Both the position numbers and the translations under genes were made by a program. This document shows positions 15,001 to 27,149 of a stretch of 64,000 nucleotides of DNA, piece by piece. Origin of the DNA: Camelus dromedarius (lineage: Eukaryota). Below the pieces are notes generated by a model. The model saw only the letters and a list, made by a program, of their open reading frames with translations, was not told the origin of the DNA and did not search any database. Position 1 is the first letter of the stretch; every line of letters starts with the position of its first letter. Location of the stretch: the NCBI RefSeq assembly GCF_036321535.1, contig NC_087458.1:4774001-4838000 (forward strand). Reading direction: 5' to 3'.

Positions 15001-18000
15001 ATAATTAGCTGGTTTGTATTCAGAAAAATATTTGTGTTTACTACTAACCCAAGTAAAACATTACCAGAGTCATATCTGTGATTAAAGACTTGTAAGTACA
15101 GTCAAGAAAATAGAAACTATTTTTTTTTACTGTTTCTTATCTTGGGTTATCTAAGCCAGTATTTCTATCTTCTTTTCTTTGGCTAATGGGTTCCCTCTTT
15201 GTTACATACTTTCAAACATGGACATCTCTGGACTGGTCTGGGCTCCAGACTTCTGAAAGCTGTCGTCATTAGGTTTCTCCCAGGAGCCTTCTTTCGGCCC
15301 TACAACAGCCATGTCACCACCTCCTCTGTGGGGAGGAACTGCCAGTGGTGCTGCCTGCTCCAAGCGACTACCAGTGTTCTTCCATAATGCCGGCTCCCCG
15401 GCTCCACCTGTCTCTGTCACTTCCTCTCTTCTTATGCTGATTGGCTGCTTGCGTGGGACTCTGGTTTCTGCAGAATGAGCAATTCTCTTCCTGAGTTCTT
15501 CATCTTCTGAAACTTTCTCCAGTATCAAATGCTGTGGAAAATAAGAAGGGATGATATTCATGTGGCCAGATACTGACCCAGGATGGAGCAAAGGGTTCTC
15601 ATTCGTATAGTTCAAAACTATCAGCTACTTACCTTGGCTGCCGCCACTTCCTTCTGTGTTCCTGAGATTTTTATAAGTCTTGACAGCAGCAATGTCCCCT
15701 CTGATTCTTTGTCACAGGTAATTTTGGCTCCTGAGGCCTTACAGATAGAACGAATTGTCTCTCCGCCCCTTCCTGCATTGAATAATACATAAAAACCTAT
15801 CCTTCCCTCTGGTTAACCTTAACTACTAGAGATATCACTATTTTGTATGTACTAGAAGAGGAGAGCCAGTTCTCATTTTCAAGCTAAACAGAATGTAAGA
15901 TATTGAATGGAAAGCAAGAGCTACTGAAATCCTTATAGTATAATCATTATAGTAAATCCTTACTATAATGGATTATTTGCTCTATCCATTTAAATTCTAC
16001 ACATTAGCTAGGTTAACATGGTCACGTTGCTTCCATTTTTTGGCCACTCAGCACACTTTACATCCCCACTTCATTAGAAGATAATCCTAAATGGTGTGTG
16101 AAACATTTGACTAAGGACAGGACATTTCTCTGCCTCTAACAGCAGCATAAGGAATGCTCTAGAGGAGAACATAATAGGTGCTCTATAGAGCACTGTCTTG
16201 AAAGATCTGGGATAAAATGAGCATCCTTAGCTTCCCTCTTAAAAATCTAATATGAGTTCAGTACATTTACCTGAACCCTCTGGAACCTATCTGTAAGGTT
16301 CAGATCATACAACTTCTTGACATAGTAAGTTTTGCTTTACCACTGGTTCCTTAAAAAAGTAATGCTCTGGTCTCAATGTCCCTGTTTTTCTCAACAAGGT
16401 GAAGGCGAAGTAGGCCAGGAAAAACCCTTGGGAAGGTGTGAAAGAAAGGAAAAGGTAAACAAAAAAGGAAACNNNNNNNNNNNNNNNNNNNNNNNNNNNN
16501 NNNNNNNNNNNNNNNNNNNNNNNNNNNNNNNNNNNNNNNNNNNNNNNNNNNNNNNNNNNNNNNNNNNNNNNNNNNNNNNNNNNNNNNNNNNNNNNNNNNN
16601 NNNNNNNNNNNNNNNNNNNNNNNNNNNNNNNNNNNNTCCTACATCCTCTGTGTCCACATCGATCCGAGCACCTGTCTGTTTTCGCAGCTGCAGAGAAAAG
16701 GATACAGGGCAGTAAGCTCTGGAAGAGCTCCCATCTGGGTCAGCTAAGGATACCCTAAACCTAACCCTGGAGGTAGATGGAACTGGACCCAGTCAATCAG
16801 GGTGCTATAAATAGTCCTCAGTGTACTTCCATGTACTTATGGAAGAAGGTTAGAGACAAAGGTAACTCCAAATAGCAATTAATTAAAAAGTTTGTCTAGA
16901 ACGCTCTTTCCCCCTAATCTGATTTGGATTAGAGAATCAATTATTTTATTTTCTTGACATTCCAACCAAACAACAGAAGATGGTAAAAAGAAATCAGGCA
17001 GCAATTAAATATTTACTATCAATTAATGAGAGTTCACAATTCCATAGCAGAAAAGGAGGATTCAAGCTATATCAAGCTGAGAACCATCCAATTAAAAAAA
17101 ATCGCCATTTCAAGCTAAGGCATCCATTCTCTAGGGAGTAGAAGTACTCAGCTCTAGAGGGAGAATAACACAGTTAGCTAAAAAGTTCCTGTAGTTTTCT
17201 GTTTAAAATATACATAGTGTGAGTGGATTTTATGGAACTGGGGTAGAGGAGTGAAAGTAGAATGAGCCCCTGGGAAAGCCACTGCCTGCTCACATACTTA
17301 CCTGTTTAATATTGGCTCCTTGCCGGCCAATGATGAGCTTCACAGCCTCCTGGGGGACCCGCATCTCTATCTCGATGTCGTCCTCCCCAACAAATGTCAG
17401 CCGCTCTTCTGCATGGATCATGGCTCATCAGATCAGGTGTAGATAATACCCAAAGCTACTACCAGCCTTTCCCTGAATCTAGCTTTCAAAGAGACAGGGA
17501 TGCAAGAGAAACTGAGGGTCTCAACCATAAAAGAGAAGGAAAAGTAGCATTTGAGTGGGAATTAGAAGGTCCTGGAAGACCAGGAGATGTGTATTCTCTC
17601 TGGCATACTGTTTTCAAATGCTAAAATGGGAGAAAAAACATATGGCTCTGCAAGGAAGGGGTGCTGGATTCTGGGCAAACTATTTTTCCCAAGGCATGAC
17701 TCCTGGAGAAGAATGAAGGCTAGAAGTTGCCTGAGGAGTGCACTAGTCTCAGAACGTCTCTTTTTGTATGTATATCATTTCTCTAGGACCTATTCTCTAT
17801 GTCCAGCCTTTGGGGAAACTGGACCCCACAGGCAGCCTTCTAACAACTAAACAGAAAGAGCATATTCTAAAAAGGGTACAAATATTTAAAGAATAGAGAG
17901 AAAGAACCCACTGCAGTGTTGGCGTCTCTGAAGGGAACAGGTCAATCAAATTATAAAGTGAATTCTTTATTTTGGAGACTAGCTTCACATTAGCAACAAA

Positions 18001-18279
18001 GAAAAGAAGACACCAAATAGCTTCAGTCAAAGATCCCTCACAGAAAGCCAATGGCCTCAACAAACGATACTCAGTCTAGAAGGGAAGTTTTCAATTTAAC
18101 AAGGTCAGAACACAGCCTAAACATTTCCACATGCACAGCCACAGGATTCACATACCTCTGCTTTCCCTGTATCTGCGGTACAGGATATAGGCGATCGTTG
18201 CACTGGCTGGGATCCCGAGGCCCAGTGCTACTTTCTGAATAGTGGACAAACTTGTCCAAGAAGTCCGTTCAGTGGACAT
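12024..18279 (-). CDS. TDRKH: Tudor and KH domain protein (TDRD2; mitochondria-anchored piRNA factor), join(18156-18279,17302-17408,16498-16687,15633-15772,15210-15531,14169-14329,13810-13982,13511-13575,13077-13228,12751-12852,12380-12476,12024-12076); 561 aa if exon 4 is 190 nt
   Basis: N-terminal TM (VALGLGIPASATIAYILYRR), two KH GxxG loops (IIGRQGANIK, GRGGETIR), Tudor cage (WYRARV...LYFVDFGD); all visible junctions GT-AG and in phase. Confidence 0.96.
12242..12329 (+). repeat. A-rich (GAAAA-like) tract flanked by a 13-bp direct repeat
   Basis: aagaaatggtaac at 12229-12241 and 12330-12342. Confidence 0.85.
12380..12476 (-). CDS. TDRKH: TDRKH exon 12
   Basis: AAETDVSLSSMLPETKKSPGEIPNTPSCLSLS G|gtacag. 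Confidence 0.93.
12751..12852 (-). CDS. TDRKH: TDRKH exon 11
   Basis: KLDVGLELVRKGYAVELPEDVEENRTVPGMLHDV|gtaagg. Confidence 0.94.
13077..13228 (-). CDS. TDRKH: TDRKH exon 10
   Basis: EQWEEEALDEFDRLTHCADWKPL...DTSNGK|gtaaga. Confidence 0.95.
13511..13575 (-). CDS. TDRKH: TDRKH exon 9
   Basis: SDFLSLPFQAIECSLARIAPS G|gtacat. Confidence 0.94.
13810..13982 (-). CDS. TDRKH: TDRKH exon 8 (Tudor core)
   Basis: PEDLTVHVGDIVAAP...WYRARV...FVDFGDNGDCPLRDLRVL; donor AG|gtcggt. Confidence 0.95.
14169..14329 (-). CDS. TDRKH: TDRKH exon 7
   Basis: PSPDFSFHADEFLEVYVSASEHPNHFWIQ...HYENSL|gtgagt. Confidence 0.96.
15210..15531 (-). CDS. TDRKH: TDRKH exon 6
   Basis: HLILEKVSEDEELRKRIAHS...PEMSMFE A|gtatgt. 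Confidence 0.96.
15633..15772 (-). CDS. TDRKH: TDRKH exon 5 (KH2)
   Basis: RGGETIRSICKASGAKITCDKESEG...EVAAAK|gtaagt. Confidence 0.96.
16498..16687 (-). CDS. TDRKH: TDRKH exon 4; only 16637-16687 visible, rest under N-run 16473-16636
   Basis: cag|LRKQTGARIDVDTEDVG; 3' end inferred from orthologue length and phase. Confidence 0.75.
17302..17408 (-). CDS. TDRKH: TDRKH exon 3 (KH1 start)
   Basis: ERLTFVGEDDIEIEMRVPQEAVKLIIGRQGANIKQ|gtaagt. Confidence 0.96.
18156..18279 (-). CDS. TDRKH: TDRKH first coding exon (exon acceptor at 18300)
   Basis: MSTERTSWTSLSTIQKVALGLGIP...RESR; donor G|gtatgt. Confidence 0.96.
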
Positions 18280-19229
18280 TTTCTGCTGTACTCTCACATC
18301 CTGAAACAAGCAAATGAAGGAAAAGGAGCTTTCACGTAACTTCTATGACTGGCAGAGAGAATGGGAACACATTACAGTATTATTAAGAAGACCACTACTG
18401 CCTGCTTTCCCACTTCAGGGGCTTGACTAGTCTCAGTCTGCGTCACGTGAGCTCTCAGGGTATTTCTGAAAAGTTAGCTAAGAGACACACACACACATAC
18501 ACAATTAGACAGAGTGATCCTTCTCCCTCCTCAATCCCCCCACAGACCTATACACTGAACACAGTTTTAGAAGACAAAGGAACAAAAATTTAGTAAATGA
18601 TTCAAATATTAAATATTTAGGTTTCATGTCAAACTATTTAAAGTTCCTTATATGTACCCTTCTATGCCTCCAGGCCTGTCCAGAAGCGGTTGTACCTGCA
18701 GGGAACGGCCTCCCAGGCCTAGTTTTAGGCTTTGCCACTTCTACTTCTCTTTCTTGGAAGTACAGTCAGTGTACTGTCTGTTCTCCTTATTCCTACATAC
18801 TGCCCAACTAACGCTGAAAGGGTGGGCTCTGTCCTACTCCCTCACCGAAACGGCAGCTTCCCAGGTAATCAACCCAGACGGCATGAATAAGCCTTATCTG
18901 GTCTTACTTCTGTGCCCTCTTTTCCATGGTTTCTCCCACTTAGCTGGAAGGGCCTTCTGAGTTTTGAGCTCGTCTCCCAGTGGCCTGTCTATTGCTATTG
19001 TCACTCGGCTCTCTTTGGGCCATTTTATCCATACTTGCAGCTTCAAGTACTACCTAAAGGCTAATGACTGCAACGCTGTACCTGGATTGATTCAGAAGCT
19101 CATCAAATCTCTTTTAGAACACTGCAATGGCCTCTTGCCATTAGTTTCTGACACTGAATCTCTCTCTCTTTTTTCATTTTGTTTTTAATTCAGTTATAGT
19201 CAGTTTGACACTGTATCTTCATTTTGCGG

Positions 19230-20700
19230 CCAAGGATATTTTAACATGTCTCTCACTGTATTTCCTTATTCCATAGACTTTCTCATCCTCCCAGTTATTT
19301 CATACCATCTCTGCTCAAACCTCTAGTGCTTCCTTCTCCATCCTCCCTCTCAACTGATGCCTTTGCTTCCTATTTCACTGAGAAAGTAAAGCATTCAGAA
19401 AAAATGTTAATTTCCAATCTTACTCACCTACCTCCACCTGTGCCTGAATATTCTATCTTTCCTCCTGTGGCCACCTCTGAACTGTCACTGCTCCCAGCAC
19501 TGAAGTCTTTCACAAAAGTGTTGCTCTCCTTCCTTCCCCTGCATCATTAATGCTTTCCTCTCTACTGAATCTTTCCATCAGAGAAACATGCTATTATTAT
19601 TTCTCCTTTCTCAAAGTTCTTCAATTCCACTTATTCCTCCAAATATTTCTTTCTTTCCTTCCTTTTAAAGAAAGACTCGAGTGTCAATACTCCTGTGCTC
19701 AATTTCTCTTCTTGAATCCACTCTTACAGCTCTTGTCAAGATCACTGGTGACTTTAGTTTGCTACATCCAATTGTCAATTCTCAGTCCTCACTTTACCCA
19801 ACAGCTCCCTCCCCCAGTATCTGGCATAGGCGGTGACTCCCTCTTTTCTTGATGCTTCCTTCGCTTGGCTTACACAACAGCACACTTGCCTGGTTTTCCT
19901 TTTCCTCTTCTGGCCGCTCCATCAGTCTCCTTTTTCTAATCTCTAAACCCTGGAGGGCTCCAGGGCTCTGTCCTTTGTCCTCTTTCTTCCACCTCACTTC
20001 TTTGGTGATTTCATCAAGTCTCATTCAGTCTTGGCTTTAAATCCCATCTATATGCTGATAATTCCCAAATCCATAGATCCAGTTAGGACATTTCTCCTGA
20101 ACTCCAGGTTGTATATCCAACTGCTTATAAGATGTCTCCATTTGAAGTTCAATAGGCATCTCAAACTTAACAAGTACAACACCTAGCTTCAGATCTCATA
20201 CCCTGCCTGTAGACTTTGCCATCTCAGGAAATGGCAACTCCATTCTTTCAGTTCCTTGGCTAAAACTCTTACTCTTTGTCCGCTCACACAGCACATCCAT
20301 CCTGTTAGCAAATCCTGTGTATTATCCAGAATCTGACCACTTTTTACCTCTCCACTGCTATGACCACCATCTGCTCTAAACCATCATTATCTCTTGCCTA
20401 AATTACTGCAACTGCTTCTTAATTATGTCCCTGCTTTGCTATTGTCCATTCAGTTTATTCTCAACACAACAGCTGGAGTAAGTCAAATAATGTTATTCAT
20501 CTGCTCAAAACCTTCCATGGCTTTCCATTTCACTACAATTAAAAGCCAAAATCATTACAATGACCTGCAAGGTCTTCATTTTGATGGTCCCCTCATCAGA
20601 AGGTAAATTCCCCAAGGTAGAAATTTTGTTTTGTTTCTCAGTACTTAGCACAGAATGGCCACTCAAATATTTGGTCGATAACCATTTGCTGAATGAATGA
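19230..20700 (+). mobile_element. L2 LINE remnant in TDRKH intron 1
   Basis: L2-like wording (ctcaaacttaac..., atttgctgaatgaatgaat terminus at ~20685-20703); bounds approximate. Confidence 0.7.
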
Positions 20701-22189
20701 ATACATTTCCTCTTATTCTTCAGTAACTTCATTTGCCTACACATAAACTGATTAGTGGCACAAAAGGTCCTTTAATAACCTAATTTCTGCTTATCATCTT
20801 CACAGCACACAATATTCTAATCCCACCTCTAACCAGGGGAACAGGATGTGCTCGCTTCTGTATCCTTGCTCTGACACATATCACTTCTGTCTTCCTCCTT
20901 AGCCCATCTGGCGTCTCTTGCAAAATCCTATTCCTTCTTCAAGTCTTAGCTCTACCACCCCCTCTTTTTCTAAGGCCTTTGGGATTTTCCCCAGCTAATT
21001 TAGGGTGAGTTTCTCCTTAGCTCATGCTACTCTGTGAACGATACCACCGTGACAGCATTTGCTCACACTGTATACAATTGTTAATCCGTTAGGGACAGGG
21101 AGTCCTCTAGACTGCTGGCTTCACCAGTGCAGTTCAGCCACCCTTGCTAGGCACTTCTATGTGCTAGATGCTACTGTGGCACTAAGGACACAAAGGTGAA
21201 AAGATAAATTTATTGAGTAGCCAGTATGCCACCAGGCATTTTACATTATTTCATTCAATCTTCATACAATACTGTAAGCTAGGAAATATCAACCCCAGTT
21301 TTACAAAGGAGTACATGCTTAAAGACGTTACATAACATCTTATCCAGACTTTGGGTATTATTTGCATATTACAAACCTTTTAAAGGGACTTTAGGACACA
21401 CACACCCCCCCACCACCATTTTTATCTAAACTCTCATGGGAATACTACCTGGTGTCTGTATTCTTTATTTTGGTCAAAATGTCCAATTCAAAATTAGTAA
21501 CAAACATACTGGTGGAAAACAGTATAGGTGGCCAAAAAAACCTAAAGACAATGTCTATTTCTCAATATTATGATCTAGTAGAATAAAATACAATGGGACT
21601 TTTAACAAGATTTGCTTTAAAATGAATGAGGAAATGTAATTTATGCTATAACTTGCCAAAATTCAATCCAAATGATTATGACAGCCAAGAAAAAAATGTT
21701 TTTCACCTCTAAAAAATCTCTTAGTATCCTAGTAAGGCTAAGAATATACTCATTAATAAAGGACCTACTTAGTAATAAAACTTTGGTTCTAAAAAATTAA
21801 AATAAAATAATAAAACTTTGGCTGTAAACGTACCTTTCCTAAAAGTCTTTCAGGAAGAGTGATGAAGGAAAGGAGACCTAGCACAAAAATCTCATTCCAA
21901 GGAGTAGATAAAAATCACAGAGACTGCAGGCAGATTTCTCACTACTGTCAGAGAACCAAGTTTTTACATTCGGCCTCAGAGAGCTTTAACCAGAAGAAAT
22001 GAAGAAAGTTCTTCAGAGAACTACCAGAAGTTTACCAAATCTATTTTTTCTAGCCAAGTTTTAAACAAATTTAACCCACTCTCTTGCCCAGACTCATAGC
22101 CTGAAGAGAAAAACAATCTTTTATTACCTTGGTAAGGGACTCTTTTCAAGTGTCTTGTTATCCCAGGTAATTAGTTACTAAGTAGATCC

Positions 22190-22480
22190 AGTATACATAT
22201 GGTCTCCAACTTAAGATGGTTTGGCTTAACGATTTTTGACTTTACAATGGTGTAAAGGTGAAACACGTTCAGTAGAAACCATACTTGAATACTGCTCTTT
22301 TCCCAGGCTAGCAACATGTGGTATGATACTCTCTCAGGATGGTAGACAGCGATAGCAAACTGCAGCTCCCTGTCAGCCACAGCATCACAAGGGTAAACAA
22401 ACAATATACTTACAACTATTCTGGTTTTCACTTTTAGTACTCAATAAATTACATGTGATGAAATAAAAACTCGTATCCTA
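22190..22480. mobile_element. TcMar-Tigger-like MITE
   Basis: ggtctccaacttaagatggtttggcttaacgatttttgactttacaatggtg resembles a Tigger-family terminus; subfamily not determined. Confidence 0.5.
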
Positions 22481-22740
22481 AGTTCTAAGGCAAATCAAGG
22501 ATAATTTACACTTAAAAAAACTTCTCTGCCTACTTGGCCTCCTCTCTTCCTCCTACTGTGCACTGCGTATCTGCACGATGCATCAACCAAACCTCCCAGT
22601 TGGCAGAAATTCCTGCTCAATCACGAAGAGCAACACTTGTGGGGAGCTAGGCTCAGAAGCAGCACACCTTTGATCCACCACATGGTACTCAGAAAGTTGT
22701 AGATTATATCTCACATCTGAATTAGGCTGCCAAATTGATA

Positions 22741-25700
22741 ATGGGAAATTGTTCCTCAAAGGCCAAAGAGCTTCCATGCAGACAGCTACCTACAGAAATA
22801 CCAATGAGATTTATGTATGCTTGCAATACTTCATTGAGAATTAGAGGAAATCCCACCCTGAAATGGCCAAGATTGGGATCTCTTTTTGGCATTCCAAAAT
22901 TGATTTTTTGTGTTCAGTTAAAGCCGGCAGTCTCCTGGATCTCTGCCTGCACAGTCTACTGGAAATAACTGTGGTAAGAGCTTCTTTTTTTCAAAAATTA
23001 GGTTAGCAGGGAGAAATATTTGTATAGGATTAGTTCCTTGAATCCTCTGAATTGGAAAAACTTCCCAATTGTTAAATCTTTAGAGAACTCTCATCTCAAA
23101 CTACTGTACGCATTTTAATTGATATGCAGAAGCCCCCAAAGGCTCCAAAATTTCAAAGTAGCCTTATTCAAAGATTTGCTGTAGAAGGCTAATGAAAGAT
23201 TAATGATATAAAAGGCACCTAAAACTTTACTGCTCCCCTCTGTCCTCCTTTGAGTACCCATTCTAGTAATCCTCTGTCTGAATTACCTTTCCACTCTGAA
23301 GACACTATGGTTGCCTTCAGAAATGGGACTACCTGAGGCTGTAGACCATCGCTAAATAATTTCTTAAACCCAAGGAGGATCCTCAAAAAATGTTTGTAAA
23401 TTGACAACACTGTAAACTGACTATACTTCAATAAAAAAGAATGCAAAGTTTGTAAATGGAATATCAAGATGAGAGGCTATCAGTCTGAATAAACTGACCA
23501 TCGCTAATATTCAGAGCCTGATAGGAATTTTTTTGGGGGGGAGGGCCCTTCTCCCCTAAGCTAGTTGAGAAAAAGTAATATTCCAACAGGTGAATGGGTA
23601 TGTCAGTCTTTTTTTTTTTTTTTTTTTTTTTTTATCATTGAGGTGGCCACCCAATTCTTTGAGGAATTAGTAACAACCGCCCTTGTTTAAAAATCTTAAA
23701 AGTGCCTTCTCCATAAATATTTATAAAAAGGGTTTAGCCATCTAAACAGGTTTCTTTGATTTGTTCCATATGCCAGAAACCCAATTTTAATCTAACCACT
23801 TATAACTGATGGGTTCAATATCACTGTACCTGATTCATGGCTGATATTTTGGAATGAAAACTATGAGGTGTCTGTTTGTATGTATCTATTTATAAAAAGG
23901 GTTTAGCCATCTAAACAGGTTTGTGTGTTGTAAATGTGCGGTATTGCCAAAATTAACTTGTAAAAGAACTCTATTTAATTGGCTTAAAGGAAATTAAGCA
24001 CTTACATACTCAGAAATACAAAATAAACTGGCCAGAATGAATTTCTGGCTCCTGTGATCTTGTAAGCAAATAGGACAGGAGGTCCCCTGGAGAAAGAGAA
24101 CCAGGCATGGCATTCTTGACAGAAGAGAAGCCATTCTGGCCAAGGCCATTTTGCGATCTAAGCCTGGCCACAATGCTAGTCTTTGAACAGGTCTCAGTAA
24201 TGAATGATCTTCAGGGAACAAAAGAATACAGAAACAACTGTTATTAGGCAAGAGAAGTTAACAATAGCAAAAATAATAGGTCAATTGTAAAGACTTCCAG
24301 TTCTGTTTCAATGATAAAGATTAGCCTGAAGCACTCAACCACCGGATCAACTGGCACCTAAGGGAAGATGCTGACCTTTTCTGACCTTGTGACTTCAATC
24401 AACTAAAGCTTGAACTCTCAATCACCCAAGACCATTCATGAATATACAGGTACTCTTAGCTTAAAACTTCTCCAATTTTGCTGTTGGGGAACCATTGCTT
24501 TGGGAAAGATTCCTGATGTTCTTCTTACTTTCTGCAAGTAATAAATCCTCCTGATCCTTGGCTTGGCTGTGTCTTTTACCTCAACACCCACTAAGAGATG
24601 AACCCAGTTTTTAGGCAACAATCTGGGAGATATTCAGTGTTGAAGTAATATCTGGTATTAAAGTTAGCTTAAGCTTGTTTGTTTAATTGATAATACATGT
24701 CGTTAGAGTCATCAAAATTAAATATAATACTTTTATTGTACCTAGGTTTACTAGAAATCCAATAAGAACCAATTATATCTGCTACAAAGTTTGTCAGAAA
24801 GAAAAATAACTTGATATGATTAAACTTTTAAGTAAATAAAAGAGAGGTAAATGAAGTAAGAGCTTTTAGGTAAGTGCTTTAAGAATAATTGTTTTGGGAA
24901 CGTCTAAAATAAAAGTGTCTCTGGACTTTGGTAACTTGAAACTTTATAGAGTTTTGCTAAATTAAGTTAAATGATGGAAGTCTACTGAATATCTAGATCA
25001 TTCTCAAATAAAGTGAGATACTGAAATATTAGTAACTGAATACAGACTTCCTTTTACAAAGAAACTAAAGATATTTGGAACTATTAATATGTTTAGTGCC
25101 ACATTAGGACATTTTCTGTAAAAAAAAAAAAAAAAAGCATGTTGTTTTCTAGAAACCATAAATAGTGTTTATAAGCCTGCCAACCTACAGAATGCTAACG
25201 TAAAAGAGTTAATAATTGCCTACCTCTTAGTTTTCACTAAAAATTAAGGTTTTTAAGACCTGAGAATTCTAATATGTAATTTAAGCTCCAAGAATAATAA
25301 GGGAAACATTTCAGTATATGAGGAAAATTAGAGGTGTGTTTTCAGGAAAAAAGAAGGTATGAGAAATGGAAATACATTTCTGTACTTGCCTTTGTGATCT
25401 TTTATTGTCACCCAGGTGAAGTGACTAAATATTGCTCCACAGTGACCTATGATCAGATCCTAATCGACCAAGAATTAAACATTTTTTATTTTGATATTTT
25501 TGACCATAGACTCGACTCCCCTCACTTCCCCCCAGAAACCTCGTGCAAAGTGAGGACCCTTGGAGACACTCAGAAATGTACACTAGTTTTCTTTAGATCT
25601 TGGGTGAAGAGTTTTGTTTTTTTAAGCATGTCACATTTGCTAATTAGTATTGTCAATGTTTTCCACAGTAAATATGTATTACTAATACAAAAAAAATGTT

Positions 25701-25780
25701 TTTGGATATTATAAACTTTCCAAAGATCAAATTCTAAATGAAGTTCATTCGACCTCTAGGTAGCTTTGAGGCTTTCCAAA
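22741..25780 (+). mobile_element. Degenerate ERV1-class internal region (gag MA relic at 22741), antisense in TDRKH intron 1
   Basis: MGNCSSK myristoylation-type start, TEIPMRFMY and KWPRLGSLFGIPKL resemble ERV1 gag matrix motifs; AT-rich ERV-internal-like sequence follows; right bound approximate. Confidence 0.6.
24061..24620 (+). mobile_element. Solo LTR (560 bp, ERV1-type) nested in the ERV internal sequence
   Basis: TGTAAG...GGCAACA termini, 4-bp TSD ATCT (24057-24060, 24621-24624), AATAAA at 24540. Confidence 0.8.
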
Positions 25781-27149
25781 GGGTCCCTGGAAGACCTCAG
25801 AATGTTTTCCTCTCCATCTCAGAAGACAGAATAACCCTTTATACTAGGCTTCATTGCTATTGGTTCCATGGTACTCCAAACATCCCTTCACACACATGCA
25901 TTGCTTGTAATTCTTGATTAAGGACTATGTCTGTAGAGAGAATGAATTGAAGGCAGCAACAGCGGGTGTAGGGAGACTAATTCAGAGGCTAGTCCAGGTG
26001 TCGATGGAGTGAAGTAGATGGTTTAGAGAGTTTTCACAGGTAGAATACACAAGACCTAGCAACTGATTCATGGAAAGTTTAGAGGGTGAGCCAAGGAGCT
26101 GGAGATGGTGGTGTCTGAGATAGAATATTGAATATTGGTGGTGGAGGGGATGTGGGTGGCAGGAAGATGAAGGTCTGTGACATGGATAAATTTATTGCGT
26201 GACTTCTATTTGAACCAAAAACTAAATTTTACTAACTCCTCTTCAGATACTAGAAATCTGGTTTGTGCTAATTATCAGCTGATGTCTCAAATGAATATCT
26301 ACTTGATTAATATTAATCAAGTATAGTTTTATGTACAATTTACATACCCTTTCACACTGTTAAGTTTAAGAAATATAAAGTGGGAAAAATATGAATGAAA
26401 TGAGAATAACTGCATAGTACTAAATGCTAGCTTGTGTTTGACTTTATTTCTTCAAACTGAATGTGAAAAGGAGACTAGAACTTAAGACCATAGCTCCTAG
26501 GGGAAGCTAGGTAAAGAGGAGACATGTGGATCATTTTAAGGTTGAGAAATGTAGCTAGACAACAGTTTTCAGTAAAAGCTAACTTTGAAATTTCCTGACA
26601 TTTGTATTAAGCAGTTGCTATCAACTATCTGATACGCGTAACTAAGGCTTACTTTTATATTGTCATTTCAAAAACACAGTTAGGAGTCAAATCCACTTTG
26701 TGAGCTCCGTGGGGTCACGGATCCATCATTCCAGTACCTAACAACCAGAACCTACGAAGTACTTAAAACAGTGATAGGTTTGTTGAACTGACGTAGGTCA
26801 TTCAATTTTCTCATCCTTGCTACATTTATTTTTAAACCAATGAATGAAAAAAAGCCTCCACCCATTTCTGTCAAGTTGAGGAAAGAGTCTTGCAGTTTTG
26901 ACACGGGAGTCTTGAGCCAAAACCCACGAAGCTATTTGCATTAAGTAAACAGGGAAACTGGAAAAACAAACAAAAAGCCCCCCAATTTATTATCCTGACG
27001 ACGTAAACAGTCATCCTACTAGAGGTAATTAAAGAAAAAGCTGCGGAAAATAAAAAGCAAACTGATGGTGGTTGTCAGTCTCAAAAAGGACCAGTCGAAG
27101 AGTCCAAACTGGCTTGTGGCAAACCCTCTCGCCCGGGTGCAAGGGTCCG

